IMG/VR virus record: IMGVR_UViG_3300020203_000404
Location: 87,811 to 151,810 of that record
DNA from: a virus
Strand: one strand, 5' to 3'
Length of the DNA stretch: 64,000 nucleotides
Shown: positions 49,150 to 58,168 of the stretch, piece by piece
How the letters are laid out: the number at the start of each line of letters is the position of its first letter
How positions within the stretch are numbered: position 1 is the first letter of the stretch
Made by a program: the position numbers and the translations under genes
Notes under the pieces: model-generated
The model's input: only the letters and a program-made list of their open reading frames with translations
Databases searched by the model: none
What the model was told of the DNA's origin: nothing

Positions 49150-49503
49150 TTAAACACCAAAGAGACGCATATCTTTACTATGTTTTTCAAGAGCATTTTC
49201 TAATTCCATAATGATCTTGCCATAGACAAGCTCTAAATGGTCAGGGACATTGTGACGATGATTCGAACCACGCTTTTCGTGGTACAGGTTCAATACAGCG
49301 GTGATCCGCAGAGCATTGTCACGCACCTTACGGGCCGCAACCCATGATCGCTTCACGTTGTCAGGCGTTTTAGCGTGATCTAACCAGTAAGAACTATGAC
49401 CAACTCTCCAGTAAGAATTGTGACCAACCTTATAAGGCCCCGTCTTGCGTTCCTTTTTGAGAGCCTTTTGGCTCTCAGACATTTGCTTAATTAGGTTCTT
49501 CAA
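49150..49503 (-). CDS. Hypothetical protein
   Basis: ORF with VGHNSYW/VGHSSYW duplication. Confidence 0.55.
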   Translation of the reverse strand: MKNLIKQMSESQKALKKERKTGPYKVGHNSYWRVGHSSYWLDHAKTPDNVKRSWVAARKVRDNALRITAVLNLYHEKRGSNHRHNVPDHLELVYGKIIMELENALEKHSKDMRLFGV

Positions 49504-49552
49504 TGCGATCTGCGTATTTATAACGATTCACTCCGTTTATTGTTGAGCTTGA

Positions 49553-49613
49553 AAAGCCAAGTGGGGCTCGAACCCACGCACTGACCGTTTGGAGCGGTCT
49601 GAACTATACCCGC
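49553..49613 (-). pseudogene. Chimeric tRNA remnant (Gly-like 5' end fused to Trp(CCA) anticodon and T arms)
   Basis: GCGGGTATAGTTCA joined to GACCG-CTCCAAA-CGGTC..GGTTCGAGCC; acceptor does not pair. Confidence 0.55.
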
Positions 49614-49623
49614 AAAATTGGAA

Positions 49624-49887
49624 TCACACGGGTTTCCAAATCTTAGTTATTGTTTCTACTTGCTTTACTTCAGTACAGTCAAGAAAAAACTCAAAGTCAT
49701 AATCAGTAAAATAACTTCCCGTACGGCTAACACATAGCTCGTAATAAGGACCGTCACCTTCTCTAAATATGACACTAAGATTAGACCATTTACCTTGGTC
49801 TTGCCACTCTCCGATTTCTATAACCGTATACTTATCGGAGTCGTCGGTGAGGATTTCAGCCGCTTCTGATTCTGTTAATTGCATCAT
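49624..49887 (-). CDS. Hypothetical phage protein
   Basis: GAGG RBS; RTGSYFTDY...EVKQVE. Confidence 0.65.
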   Translation of the reverse strand: MMQLTESEAAEILTDDSDKYTVIEIGEWQDQGKWSNLSVIFREGDGPYYELCVSRTGSYFTDYDFEFFLDCTEVKQVETITKIWKPV

Positions 49888-50012
49888 AGTTTCCTCTGGT
49901 AAATCAATGCTTGAAAGATGGTGGATCTTGAGCCGGGGGCGATGGTCGCGTGCTCGCCGACGTTGACTTGAACGGTCTTGCCGTTCGGGTTCGTGTGCGT
50001 GATGGTTTTCAT
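49884..50012 (-). pseudogene. Collapsed cassette 5 (caps plus about one repeat, 42 aa)
   Basis: MKTITHTNPNGKTVQVNVGEHATIAPGS followed by an unrelated tail. Confidence 0.8.
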
Positions 50013-50053
50013 GTTTTAATGATACATCATTCTCGCGGTCTGTCAAGCAAAAA

Positions 50054-50371
50054 TCACTTTAGGCCGACGATTGAGCCGGGGGCGATGGTCGCGTTCTTGC
50101 CGATGTACGAGTACGAGCCGATGGTCACGTTCTTGCCGATGATCGCGTTCGGGCAGATAGTCACGTATTCGCCGATGTTCGCGTTCTTGCCGATGTTCGC
50201 GTGCTTGCCGATGTACGAGTACGAGCCGATGTACGAGTGCGAGCCGATGGTCGAGTCCTCGCAGATGGTCACGTATTCGCCGATGATCGAGCCATCGGCG
50301 ATGGTCACGTTCTTGCCGACGCTGACTTGAACGGTTTTGCCGTTCGGGTTCGTGTGTGTGATGGTTTTCAT
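50054..50371 (-). CDS. LbH hexapeptide-repeat protein, cassette 6 (105 aa)
   Basis: Same caps and repeats. Confidence 0.9.
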   Translation of the reverse strand: MKTITHTNPNGKTVQVSVGKNVTIADGSIIGEYVTICEDSTIGSHSYIGSYSYIGKHANIGKNANIGEYVTICPNAIIGKNVTIGSYSYIGKNATIAPGSIVGLK

Positions 50372-50412
50372 GCTTCAATTATACATTATTCTCGCGGCTC
50401 GTCAAGCAAAAA

Positions 50413-50748
50413 TCACCTTAAGCCGACGGTTGAGCCATCGGCGATGGTCGCGTTCCTGCCGATGATCGAGTACGAGTCGATGGTCACGTTCTTGCCGACG
50501 GTCGAGTACGAGCCGATGTTCGCGTACTCGCCGATGTTCACGTACGAGCCGATGTTCACGTACGAGCCGATGTTCGCGTACGAGCCGATGTTCACGTACG
50601 AGCCGATGTTCGCGTACGAGCCGACGTTCGAGCCCCAGCTGATGGTTACGTGCTCGCCGATTGTCGCGTTCGGGCCGATGTTCGCGTTCGGGCCGACGTT
50701 GACTTGAACGGTCTTGCCGTTCGGGTTCGTGTGCGTGATGGTTTTCAT
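50413..50748 (-). CDS. LbH hexapeptide-repeat protein, cassette 7 (111 aa)
   Basis: Same caps; IGSY(A/V)N-rich. Confidence 0.9.
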   Translation of the reverse strand: MKTITHTNPNGKTVQVNVGPNANIGPNATIGEHVTISWGSNVGSYANIGSYVNIGSYANIGSYVNIGSYVNIGEYANIGSYSTVGKNVTIDSYSIIGRNATIADGSTVGLR

Positions 50749-50789
50749 GTTTTAATGATACATCATTCTCGCGGTCTGTCAAGCAAAAA

Positions 50790-51305
50790 TCACTTTGAGC
50801 CGACGGTTGAGCCATCGGCGATGGTCGCGTCCTGGCCGACGATCGCGTCCCGGACGATGTACGAGTTCTTGCCGATGATCGCGTTCTTGCCGATGGTCGC
50901 GTGCTCGCCGATGGTCACGTTCCTGCCGATGTTCGCGTTCTCGCAGATGAGCACGTATTCGCCGATGTACGAGTTCTCGCGGATGATCACGTTCTCGCCG
51001 ATGGTCACGTTCTTGCCGATGGTCACGTTCTTGCCGATGATCGCGTTCTTGTCGATGGTCGCGTTCCTGCCGATGGTCACGTTCTCGTAGATGAGCACGT
51101 ATTCGCCGATGGTCACGTTCTCGCCGATGTTCGCGTTCTTGCGGATGGTCGCGTTCGGGCAGATGGTCGAGCACGAGCCGACGTGCGAACCATCGGCGAT
51201 GTTCGCGTATTCGCCGATGGTCACGTTCCAGCCGATGGTCACGTTCTCGCCGACGTTGACTTGAACGGTCTTGCCGTTCGGGTTCGTGTGTTTGATTGTA
51301 TTCAT
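50790..51305 (-). CDS. LbH hexapeptide-repeat protein, cassette 8 (171 aa)
   Basis: Same caps and repeats. Confidence 0.9.
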   Translation of the reverse strand: MNTIKHTNPNGKTVQVNVGENVTIGWNVTIGEYANIADGSHVGSCSTICPNATIRKNANIGENVTIGEYVLIYENVTIGRNATIDKNAIIGKNVTIGKNVTIGENVIIRENSYIGEYVLICENANIGRNVTIGEHATIGKNAIIGKNSYIVRDAIVGQDATIADGSTVGSK

Positions 51306-51346
51306 GTTTTAATGATACATCATTCTCGCGGTCTGTCAAGCAAAAG

Positions 51347-51772
51347 TCACTTTGAGCCGACGATTGAGCCGGGGGCGATGGTCGCGTCCTGGCCGACGAT
51401 CGCGTCCCGGACGATGTACGAGTTCTCGCCGATGTTCGCGTTCTCGCCGATGATCGCGTTCTTGCCGACGGTCGAGTACGAGCCGATGGTCACGTTCTTG
51501 CCGATGGTCGCGTTCTCGCCGATGGTCACTTCCCGGCGGACGTGCGAGCCCTCGCCAATGGTCGCGTCCTGGCCGATGGTCACGTTCTCACCGATGGTCA
51601 CTTCCCGGCGGACGTGCGAGCCCTCGCCAATGGTCGCGTTCTCGCCGATGGTCGCGTTCTCGCAGATGGTCACGTTCTCGCCGATGGTCACGTTCTTGCC
51701 GATGGTCACGTTCTTGCCGACGCTGACTTGAACGGTTTCGCCGTTCGGGTTCGTGTGCGTGATGGTTTTCAT
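51347..51772 (-). CDS. LbH hexapeptide-repeat protein, cassette 9 (141 aa)
   Basis: Same caps and repeats. Confidence 0.9.
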   Translation of the reverse strand: MKTITHTNPNGETVQVSVGKNVTIGKNVTIGENVTICENATIGENATIGEGSHVRREVTIGENVTIGQDATIGEGSHVRREVTIGENATIGKNVTIGSYSTVGKNAIIGENANIGENSYIVRDAIVGQDATIAPGSIVGSK

Positions 51773-51786
51773 GTTTTAATGATACA

Positions 51787-52257
51787 TCATTCTCGCGGTC
51801 TGTCAAGCAAAAAACACTTTGGGCCGACGGTTGAGCCATCGGCGATGGTCGCGTTCCTGCCGATGATCGAGTACGAGTCGATGGTCACGTTCTTGCCGAC
51901 GGTCGAGTACGAGCCGATGATCGCGTTCTTGCCGATGGTCGCGTTCTCGCCGATGGTCGCGTTCTCGCCGATGATCGCGTTCTGGCCGATGTACGAGTAC
52001 GAGCCGATGGTTGCGTTCAAGCCGATGGTCGCGTTCCTGCCGATGGTCGCGTTCTCGCCGATGATCGCGTTCGGGCAGATGATCACGTATTCGACGATGG
52101 TCGAGTACGAGTCGATGTTCGAACCGACGCCGATGTTCGCGTTCTCGCCGATGGTCACGTTCTCGCCGATGATCGCGTTCTTGGCGATGGTCACGTTCTC
52201 GCCGACGCTGACTTGAACGGTTTCGCCGTTCGGGTTCGTGTGTGTGATGATATTCAT
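51787..52257 (-). CDS. LbH hexapeptide-repeat protein, cassette 10 (147 aa + 9-aa extension)
   Basis: Usual TGA is TGT here, so the frame runs into the next promoter. Confidence 0.88.
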   Translation of the reverse strand: MNIITHTNPNGETVQVSVGENVTIAKNAIIGENVTIGENANIGVGSNIDSYSTIVEYVIICPNAIIGENATIGRNATIGLNATIGSYSYIGQNAIIGENATIGENATIGKNAIIGSYSTVGKNVTIDSYSIIGRNATIADGSTVGPKCFLLDRPRE

Positions 52258-52295
52258 GTCTTAGGATACCCTATAAGTGCGAAAAAAGCAAAAAA

Positions 52296-52595
52296 TCACT
52301 CTGGGCCGATGTACGAGTACAAGCCGATGTACGAGTCCTTACCGATGGTCACGTGCTCGCCGGTGGTCACGTGCTCACAGATGGTCACGTTCTCGCCGAT
52401 GGTCGAGCCATCGCCGATGATCGCGTGCTTGCCGATGTTCGAGCCCTGGCCGATGTTCAAGTCCTCGCCGATGGTCGAACCCCGACCGATTGTCACGAAC
52501 TTGCCGATGGTCACGTTCTCGCCGATGGTCACGTTCTTGCCGACGCTGACTTGAACGGTTTTACCGTTCGGGTTCGTGTGTGTGATGGTTTTCAT
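52296..52595 (-). CDS. LbH hexapeptide-repeat protein, cassette 11 (99 aa, most divergent)
   Basis: Same N-cap, different C-end (IGPE). Confidence 0.88.
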   Translation of the reverse strand: MKTITHTNPNGKTVQVSVGKNVTIGENVTIGKFVTIGRGSTIGEDLNIGQGSNIGKHAIIGDGSTIGENVTICEHVTTGEHVTIGKDSYIGLYSYIGPE

Positions 52596-52719
52596 GCTTC
52601 GATTATACATCATTCTCGCGGCTCGTCAAGCAAAAAATCACTCTAAAAAGCGGTCGCGACTCTCAATGGCCTACACCAACACAGAATCTCATTTTTTTCT
52701 TTTCAAGTTGTCTTGAAGA

Positions 52720-53610
52720 TCAGCACGACTTCTTGGGACGGCGACACGACGCCTCATGCTTCTTGCCGCCCTTCGTACCGCAGTGCGAGCAAGGACTACG
52801 CTTGACGGTTCGTGTCGTCGTCGTGGTAACTTCGACAACATCTTCCTCCTCATATGCCGGAACAGGTTCCGGCATAGGATACATCGGACTCTCGATCTGC
52901 CCCTCAGCCTCAGCGAGCACTTTGTAACGACACACACGCAGCTTGGAACAGTTGTGGTCCTTAGGCACCGCGATGCAGTCGGCTGGATTCACTTTCACGA
53001 GCACAGTGCGAGCGGCAAAGCTGCGAGCGTACTCCAACGTACCGACGTGGTAGCCACGGCTACATTCGTTGCGACGATCAGGATCGACATTCTGACGAGG
53101 CATTTCAATGACTTCGCCAATTGCATTCTTAACCATACCAGAGTACTGATCGAACCAGTCGTCACGCACGCCCTTATAGCCGATGAAGCAACCATCTTCC
53201 GTGATCGGAAACTGACTACAGCCATTGTTGGTGTTTTCCAGAAAGTCGTAGAGTTCCGCGACGGCCATCGGCATCGGGTTGGCCATCAGGTTTTCAAGGA
53301 ATCGAATCAGCGGATCAGTCGGCAGTCCTTCTCGAATGAAGTCGAGAATGCGTTCCGTCACCGTATTGTGCATCGGCAGATCGCCGTAGAACACTTGGCC
53401 ATGCTTGACCGTGACGGGGCTATTTCTCATGGTCGCCGCAATGGTCGCCGGAATGTCGATGAGAGATTCCAGATCGTCGTGTCGCTTTGCCTTAATCGCT
53501 TCCACGATTAAGACGTAGTTTGGATGACTCTTCCCGATCGAGAAGGTCTTGGCATCGAGAATCAGGGTGATGTTGCCATCGCCCGTAACGAGACTTGCAA
53601 AGTTTTTCAT
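52720..53610 (-). CDS. rIIB: RIIB-like protein
   Basis: ITEDGCFIGYKGV, CSRGYHVG, VKVNPAD..VP.D..KLRVCRY. Confidence 0.88.
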   Translation of the reverse strand: MKNFASLVTGDGNITLILDAKTFSIGKSHPNYVLIVEAIKAKRHDDLESLIDIPATIAATMRNSPVTVKHGQVFYGDLPMHNTVTERILDFIREGLPTDPLIRFLENLMANPMPMAVAELYDFLENTNNGCSQFPITEDGCFIGYKGVRDDWFDQYSGMVKNAIGEVIEMPRQNVDPDRRNECSRGYHVGTLEYARSFAARTVLVKVNPADCIAVPKDHNCSKLRVCRYKVLAEAEGQIESPMYPMPEPVPAYEEEDVVEVTTTTTRTVKRSPCSHCGTKGGKKHEASCRRPKKSC

Positions 53611-53613
53611 AGT

Positions 53614-55539
53614 TCAGACGGCCTCAATCAATTTGATGTACTGGATCACTGGTTCCATAGCAATGTTACCTCGGTACCAGTCAATGCCACCCAAAATCGG
53701 GTATTTTTTGAAGAATTCTTTCTGATAACGAGGAGCGGTCGGCATCTTGATGTCAAAAACCTGACACAAGCGGCTGTAAACGCTCATGTTACTGACATTC
53801 GCCCCGTAAACCTTAATCAGATTGTCACACTCTGTCGAGAGTCCAGCAATTTTCTCAATGAGAAACTTATGGCTAATGTCATCCCCATCATTTTGAAATC
53901 TCGACAGAGCAAACATATCAAGATCAGCCAAAAACTCTTCGGTCATGTCCTTGGCGACAGCGGAACATTCGATGATACCGTGCTTGACACGAAAAGAGTC
54001 GTATTGCTTGGCAGGGATTCCGTAAATTCGCTTGAAGCCGAACGTGTTCGCGATGATATGAACGTCCTGCGGAGCGACCTTTTGGCCGTTCCAGATAACC
54101 CAATTACCATCACGCGGCACACAGCAGGCGTCATTAGCGTCAACGTCGGTAGCCGCGTTAATGCCATACCACTCAAAGCTGTTATTGAGAAGCTTGATCG
54201 GCATGCTACGCACTGTCGTACCTGCGGTTCGAGCCTTACGCGGCACATCCGGCAACAGACTCAGCTTGGTCATCACGTCGCCAAACAATTCAGTAAAGCG
54301 AGCGGCGTCCTCAATCTTCACAAGATAGAACCGATTATGGGTACACGCTCGCATGTATTGACGAAGGCGACCCTTCATCTTCTGCGTCATGTCCGCATCA
54401 TCTTCAATGAAGATCATTTGATCAATATGTCCGCCAATATGGAATTCACCGTGCAGGCTATGCATGAAGAGTTTTTTGTCAAGACGAAGAGAGCAGGATT
54501 GCATTGAATACTTGTCCTTCTCTTCGTATTTGATTGGATCGGTTCCATGAGGCGAAAGTTCGCTCACCAAGTTACGGTACTTGGCTAGAGCCCGCAGCTT
54601 TTGAAGGACCGTCCCTTCGTTCGCGACACGACGTTCAAATTCGGCCCGCACCACAACGGCAGCCTCGTTAAGAGCAGCGGTTATCTTCGCGATCGTCCTG
54701 TCGTCGTAATTAACCTCTTCGCGACTAGCGGCAATAGAAACCGCACCTATCGGCAAGTTCAAGATAATAATGGCATTGTGGTAAAACGGGCAGGCAAAAT
54801 CGCGATCAGAGACGGCGTAGCAAACCTGACCCATCATGACGTTAAGACGCGATGAAACAGGTGCTTTATGATTTATGTACAACGAGAATTCACTCGTTTC
54901 AAATTCCGGCTTCTCGCTATCGAAGTTGAGTTGGGCACCGACAATGTTCGGACGCACCTTGAAAAAGGTGTAGACACGTTGAGCGGCCCTGACGAAAATC
55001 TGAGCGTCGCCCGGCTTCGTGTTGATGCGGACTTCCAAGCCGTTCGGCTCGTCCGTATCAACTGTGTTCAAAAGAGCGAGCGTCGGAATCGACGACTCAT
55101 TCTTGAAGGCGGAGTACGTGTACTTCCGTTTGTCCCAAATGGATATAATCGTGAATTGGTCCGTGTACGCAAAGGGGGACTTGCTGCCGATACCTAGACA
55201 GCCAGTAAAGTCATCGCTATTCGTGCGAGTACTTTTGCCGTATTTCTTGTATACGGTTTCGATTTGAGTGGGCGACAAGCCCGTACCGTAGTCACGGATC
55301 GACAACCAAGGCTCTAGTTGATTTGGAAGATGAACATCGAACGGCTGATCGGCACAGCCAGCATCCGTATGAGAGTCGGATGCATTCGTGGACAATTCAC
55401 GAACGATAGCTCGCGGCTCGTCAGTGTAAACCTTCTTTGAAAGCAAGGCAAACATTGCCGCGTTTGTTTCGAAGGAGTACGTGCCTTCTTGGAAGGTGCC
55501 AGAGCGTTCGACTTCGAGAGTTGTTTCAGTGAGTTTCAT
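53614..55539 (-). CDS. rIIA: RIIA-like protein (N-terminal GHKL ATPase)
   Basis: RELSTNASD, IRDYGTGL, STRT..GCLGIGSKSPFAY. Confidence 0.9.
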   Translation of the reverse strand: MKLTETTLEVERSGTFQEGTYSFETNAAMFALLSKKVYTDEPRAIVRELSTNASDSHTDAGCADQPFDVHLPNQLEPWLSIRDYGTGLSPTQIETVYKKYGKSTRTNSDDFTGCLGIGSKSPFAYTDQFTIISIWDKRKYTYSAFKNESSIPTLALLNTVDTDEPNGLEVRINTKPGDAQIFVRAAQRVYTFFKVRPNIVGAQLNFDSEKPEFETSEFSLYINHKAPVSSRLNVMMGQVCYAVSDRDFACPFYHNAIIILNLPIGAVSIAASREEVNYDDRTIAKITAALNEAAVVVRAEFERRVANEGTVLQKLRALAKYRNLVSELSPHGTDPIKYEEKDKYSMQSCSLRLDKKLFMHSLHGEFHIGGHIDQMIFIEDDADMTQKMKGRLRQYMRACTHNRFYLVKIEDAARFTELFGDVMTKLSLLPDVPRKARTAGTTVRSMPIKLLNNSFEWYGINAATDVDANDACCVPRDGNWVIWNGQKVAPQDVHIIANTFGFKRIYGIPAKQYDSFRVKHGIIECSAVAKDMTEEFLADLDMFALSRFQNDGDDISHKFLIEKIAGLSTECDNLIKVYGANVSNMSVYSRLCQVFDIKMPTAPRYQKEFFKKYPILGGIDWYRGNIAMEPVIQYIKLIEAV

Positions 55540-55574
55540 GCCAGTATCTTACCCCTTAGAGTCTAGCCCGTCAA
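55540..55574 (-). promoter_or_regulatory. Leaderless promoter of rIIA
   Basis: TTGACG-17-TAAGAT-6nt-ATG. Confidence 0.7.
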
Positions 55575-55845
55575 GTGGAAATTTTGGCCCATAGATCAAA
55601 CGCAGTCGCAGAAATTCTTGGTACTCGTAATATTGAGTCTGTTCTTTGCTACGCAGAAGAATAGTTTCAATTGCCGTCGCTCCTGCCATTAGCAAGGTCT
55701 CGAAACATTCGTGCCCTTTGTTAAAGACAATATATTCGGTTTGCCGATCTCCAACCACAAAATAAATACGTCTGCAATTGTCCAAAGCTCCCCGATGCAC
55801 GACAATTTCTCTATCCATTAATGGTCTCGCGTTCTTTTCTAGCAA
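55549..55845 (-). CDS. Hypothetical protein
   Basis: ORF coupled to the upstream gene. Confidence 0.4.
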   Translation of the reverse strand: MLEKNARPLMDREIVVHRGALDNCRRIYFVVGDRQTEYIVFNKGHECFETLLMAGATAIETILLRSKEQTQYYEYQEFLRLRLIYGPKFPLDGLDSKG

Positions 55846-56570
55846 TACAGCAACTCAAGCGACTCGCCATTCCATAGAATAGCCTGATGCTGTTCGATAC
55901 ACGGAGCACACGCCCACGTTGTACCTTCGGTTTCACCAGCTTGATACGTGTGATGATGTCCAAACACCCAGTGCCTGGGCTTAAACTGCCCTCGAATAGC
56001 GTTCAGAGCTTGCTTATCCGATCGCCCAAATTCCTTTTTGTGCGAACCATAAGGAAAGTCGAATGGAAACTCGTGCGAGATCACAAGGTCGATTGTCTGC
56101 TGATAATCCAACGCCTCCATGACTTGACGATAGGTGATTGACTCTTGAGGCCACCACGACTTACCTTGGATCCGATGATCCTTGTCGATGGATGAAGCAC
56201 CGCCGAAAAACATCACGGTGTAGTCTGTCAGTCGCAGGACTGATCCACGCGGCTGATAGATCATGCCCGACTGAAACGCCCCTTGATCTTTTTCAAGCTG
56301 ATCGTGATTCTCATGATTACCATCAATCCAATAGAATGGCAATGCTTCTGCCTTAGTAATCGTGGACGGATTCATATACGCTTTGTGAAACGTAAAGGGG
56401 TTACAGAATCCAGTGCCGTTAGCCTGAATGTCGCTACCCGGCCACGCATAGCCAAAATCTCCCACTTGAATCATATGGGTGATATCAGGGTGCTGCTTGA
56501 GAGCACGAGCAATCGTGATGTTGAGATCGCTCCACATTCCGTGGACATCCCCCAAGATTAAGACCTTCAT
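55839..56570 (-). CDS. Calcineurin-like metallophosphoesterase
   Basis: GDVHG, VGDFG, DGNHE, SHE, FGHHH. Confidence 0.92.
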   Translation of the reverse strand: MKVLILGDVHGMWSDLNITIARALKQHPDITHMIQVGDFGYAWPGSDIQANGTGFCNPFTFHKAYMNPSTITKAEALPFYWIDGNHENHDQLEKDQGAFQSGMIYQPRGSVLRLTDYTVMFFGGASSIDKDHRIQGKSWWPQESITYRQVMEALDYQQTIDLVISHEFPFDFPYGSHKKEFGRSDKQALNAIRGQFKPRHWVFGHHHTYQAGETEGTTWACAPCIEQHQAILWNGESLELLYC

Positions 56571-56748
56571 GATGTCAAGTCTTATTCGTTTTCAAGCTCA
56601 GATTCCCGCCCAGAGAACGCCCAGTACACAAACAATGTAAATGGAATGATAGGCCACATCAGTGACACGAAACCTCGCACCCAGCTATTGTCAGTGTCGG
56701 CACGATCCCAGGCGAGAGGCATACCGAGCACGTAGAGGATCCAAAACA

Positions 56749-57822
56749 TCAGTCGTCCTTGTTTCGACAGGCGGTGAGGTCAGATTGGAATTTACCAGTG
56801 AGCAACAGATTGCGGCCAGTCAAGCACACGGCAATGACACGTCGCGGATCGGTATTCTGTTCAACGTCCATGCAGTAGCGAATCGCAGGTTCAATCCATG
56901 CGGCATCACCATTGATAGATTCAATTTCACGCTTAAGAATTAGCCGCAAGATTGCTTCGTTAGGACGCGGACAGTAAATACTGTGAGAGAAACGTGACGC
57001 CATTGCCCCTTCGTGACGTGACTTGAAAAGATCAATGTCATTCACGGTCGCGACGCAGACGAACGGCACCTTGCGGTAGTAGCTACCACGAGCAGTCACC
57101 TTGCGAATTTCCGCTCGACCATCAAGAGCGGACAGTAGCCACATAAAAGCTTGATCCGGCACCTTTTCAATCTCTTCAATCACGAGAAGGGGCGGAACAA
57201 CGTCGGCATCCATGATTGCGGCAATAGCACCAGCAGCCGTAGTCTGAGTGCCGTCGAATTCGATACAGCCATCGACCCCCACCATATTCTTGACACCACC
57301 CAGAAGATCACTCTTGCCGCATCCAGGCTTGCCGTGCAAGACAGCGTGATAACGTTTCGTATAATTGGTGTCTTTGGCGGTTTGCAACGATGCCAGAACA
57401 ATGTCGATTTGCGGATCGAGACCGTACAAGTGATCGAAGTGCGTACCACGTTCGATTGTGACTTCCGCAATCAAGTCAGTTTCATTGAATACTTTGAGAT
57501 TGGGGCCGGTGGTATTATGACCGCCCAGCACGCTCCACTTGCCCTTATTGCCAGCACACTTAAAAATGGCGTCCTTGACACCATTGAATTGTTTGGCCGG
57601 GTCGCCGCGACCAATGTGCTCGAATTCAAGTTCGACGCTGTAATGCCATTCACCTTCAACCAAAACAGGCACGATATCGTCTGGTAGTTCGGTTGACAGA
57701 CGGAATTGTTTGCCTCGTGAGGCCGCGAGAGCACGATCCACGATCTCGTCTACCTGACGACGGGTAATCGAGACGTTCGAGCGACGTTGGGCTTTGCGTT
57801 CGATGGTGATCTTGTGACTCAT
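56749..57822 (-). CDS. AAA+ ATPase
   Basis: GKPGCGKS Walker A, LVIEEIEK Walker B, ATVN, ASRF. Confidence 0.85.
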   Translation of the reverse strand: MSHKITIERKAQRRSNVSITRRQVDEIVDRALAASRGKQFRLSTELPDDIVPVLVEGEWHYSVELEFEHIGRGDPAKQFNGVKDAIFKCAGNKGKWSVLGGHNTTGPNLKVFNETDLIAEVTIERGTHFDHLYGLDPQIDIVLASLQTAKDTNYTKRYHAVLHGKPGCGKSDLLGGVKNMVGVDGCIEFDGTQTTAAGAIAAIMDADVVPPLLVIEEIEKVPDQAFMWLLSALDGRAEIRKVTARGSYYRKVPFVCVATVNDIDLFKSRHEGAMASRFSHSIYCPRPNEAILRLILKREIESINGDAAWIEPAIRYCMDVEQNTDPRRVIAVCLTGRNLLLTGKFQSDLTACRNKDD

Positions 57823-57857
57823 GCCTCTATTATACCCACTAAACAGCTATTTGTCAA
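57823..57857 (-). promoter_or_regulatory. Consensus leaderless promoter
   Basis: TTGACA-17-TATAAT-6nt-ATG. Confidence 0.85.
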
Positions 57858-58168
57858 GTGACTTCCACAAAACGCAGCGACCCAAGAAATAAGCCACTGC
57901 GATCAACATGAAGTAGTGTTCATATAGCACGAAAAAGAGAGCAGTGATGGGCAGTAGAAACAAACATACGCTTAACACGATGGAGCCGAGCAGAAGACTC
58001 AGGGCGTGGTGCTTCACTTCACTGTCACCATAGCATCTAGAGGCACAAAAACGATACAATTATTGGTTTCAAGACAGAAAACCCTGGCGTTAGGTCCACC
58101 GTGCAATTTCAAGAACGTCTTGCCGTCATAAGTAAACCACGTTGCGTTTCTTAGAGACCAAAAGAACT

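Larger units (their letters stand above)
45910..52640 (-). repeat. Tandem promoter + hexapeptide-gene cassette array (two blocks flanking a tRNA cluster)
   Basis: About 120-bp constant unit (3' cap, 41-bp intergenic promoter, 5' cap) repeated; internal 18-bp ATCGGC-based modules. Confidence 0.95.

Noticed and set aside
45952-52595. Annotation as LpxA/LpxD or acetyltransferases
   Set aside because: Only the hexapeptide scaffold is present, without catalytic loops or accessory domains.
45910-52640. CRISPR array
   Set aside because: The constant unit is ~120 bp, the variable parts are in-frame coding repeats of several hundred bp, and no cas genes are present.
45800-52646. Long alternative-frame ORFs (RERDHR..., MVTFSP..., ADGHVL... 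repeats)
   Set aside because: These are shadows of the stop-poor 18-bp repeats. Only the MKTITH frame has a promoter-aligned ATG and conserved ends.
53524-54507. 327-aa + strand ORF and similar antisense ORFs
   Set aside because: Antisense to well-supported genes (rIIA and others) and without recognisable motifs.
58078-58090. 12-nt match (AAACCCTGGCGT) to the putative TnpB guide
   Set aside because: It misses the first guide bases and is too short to separate from chance.
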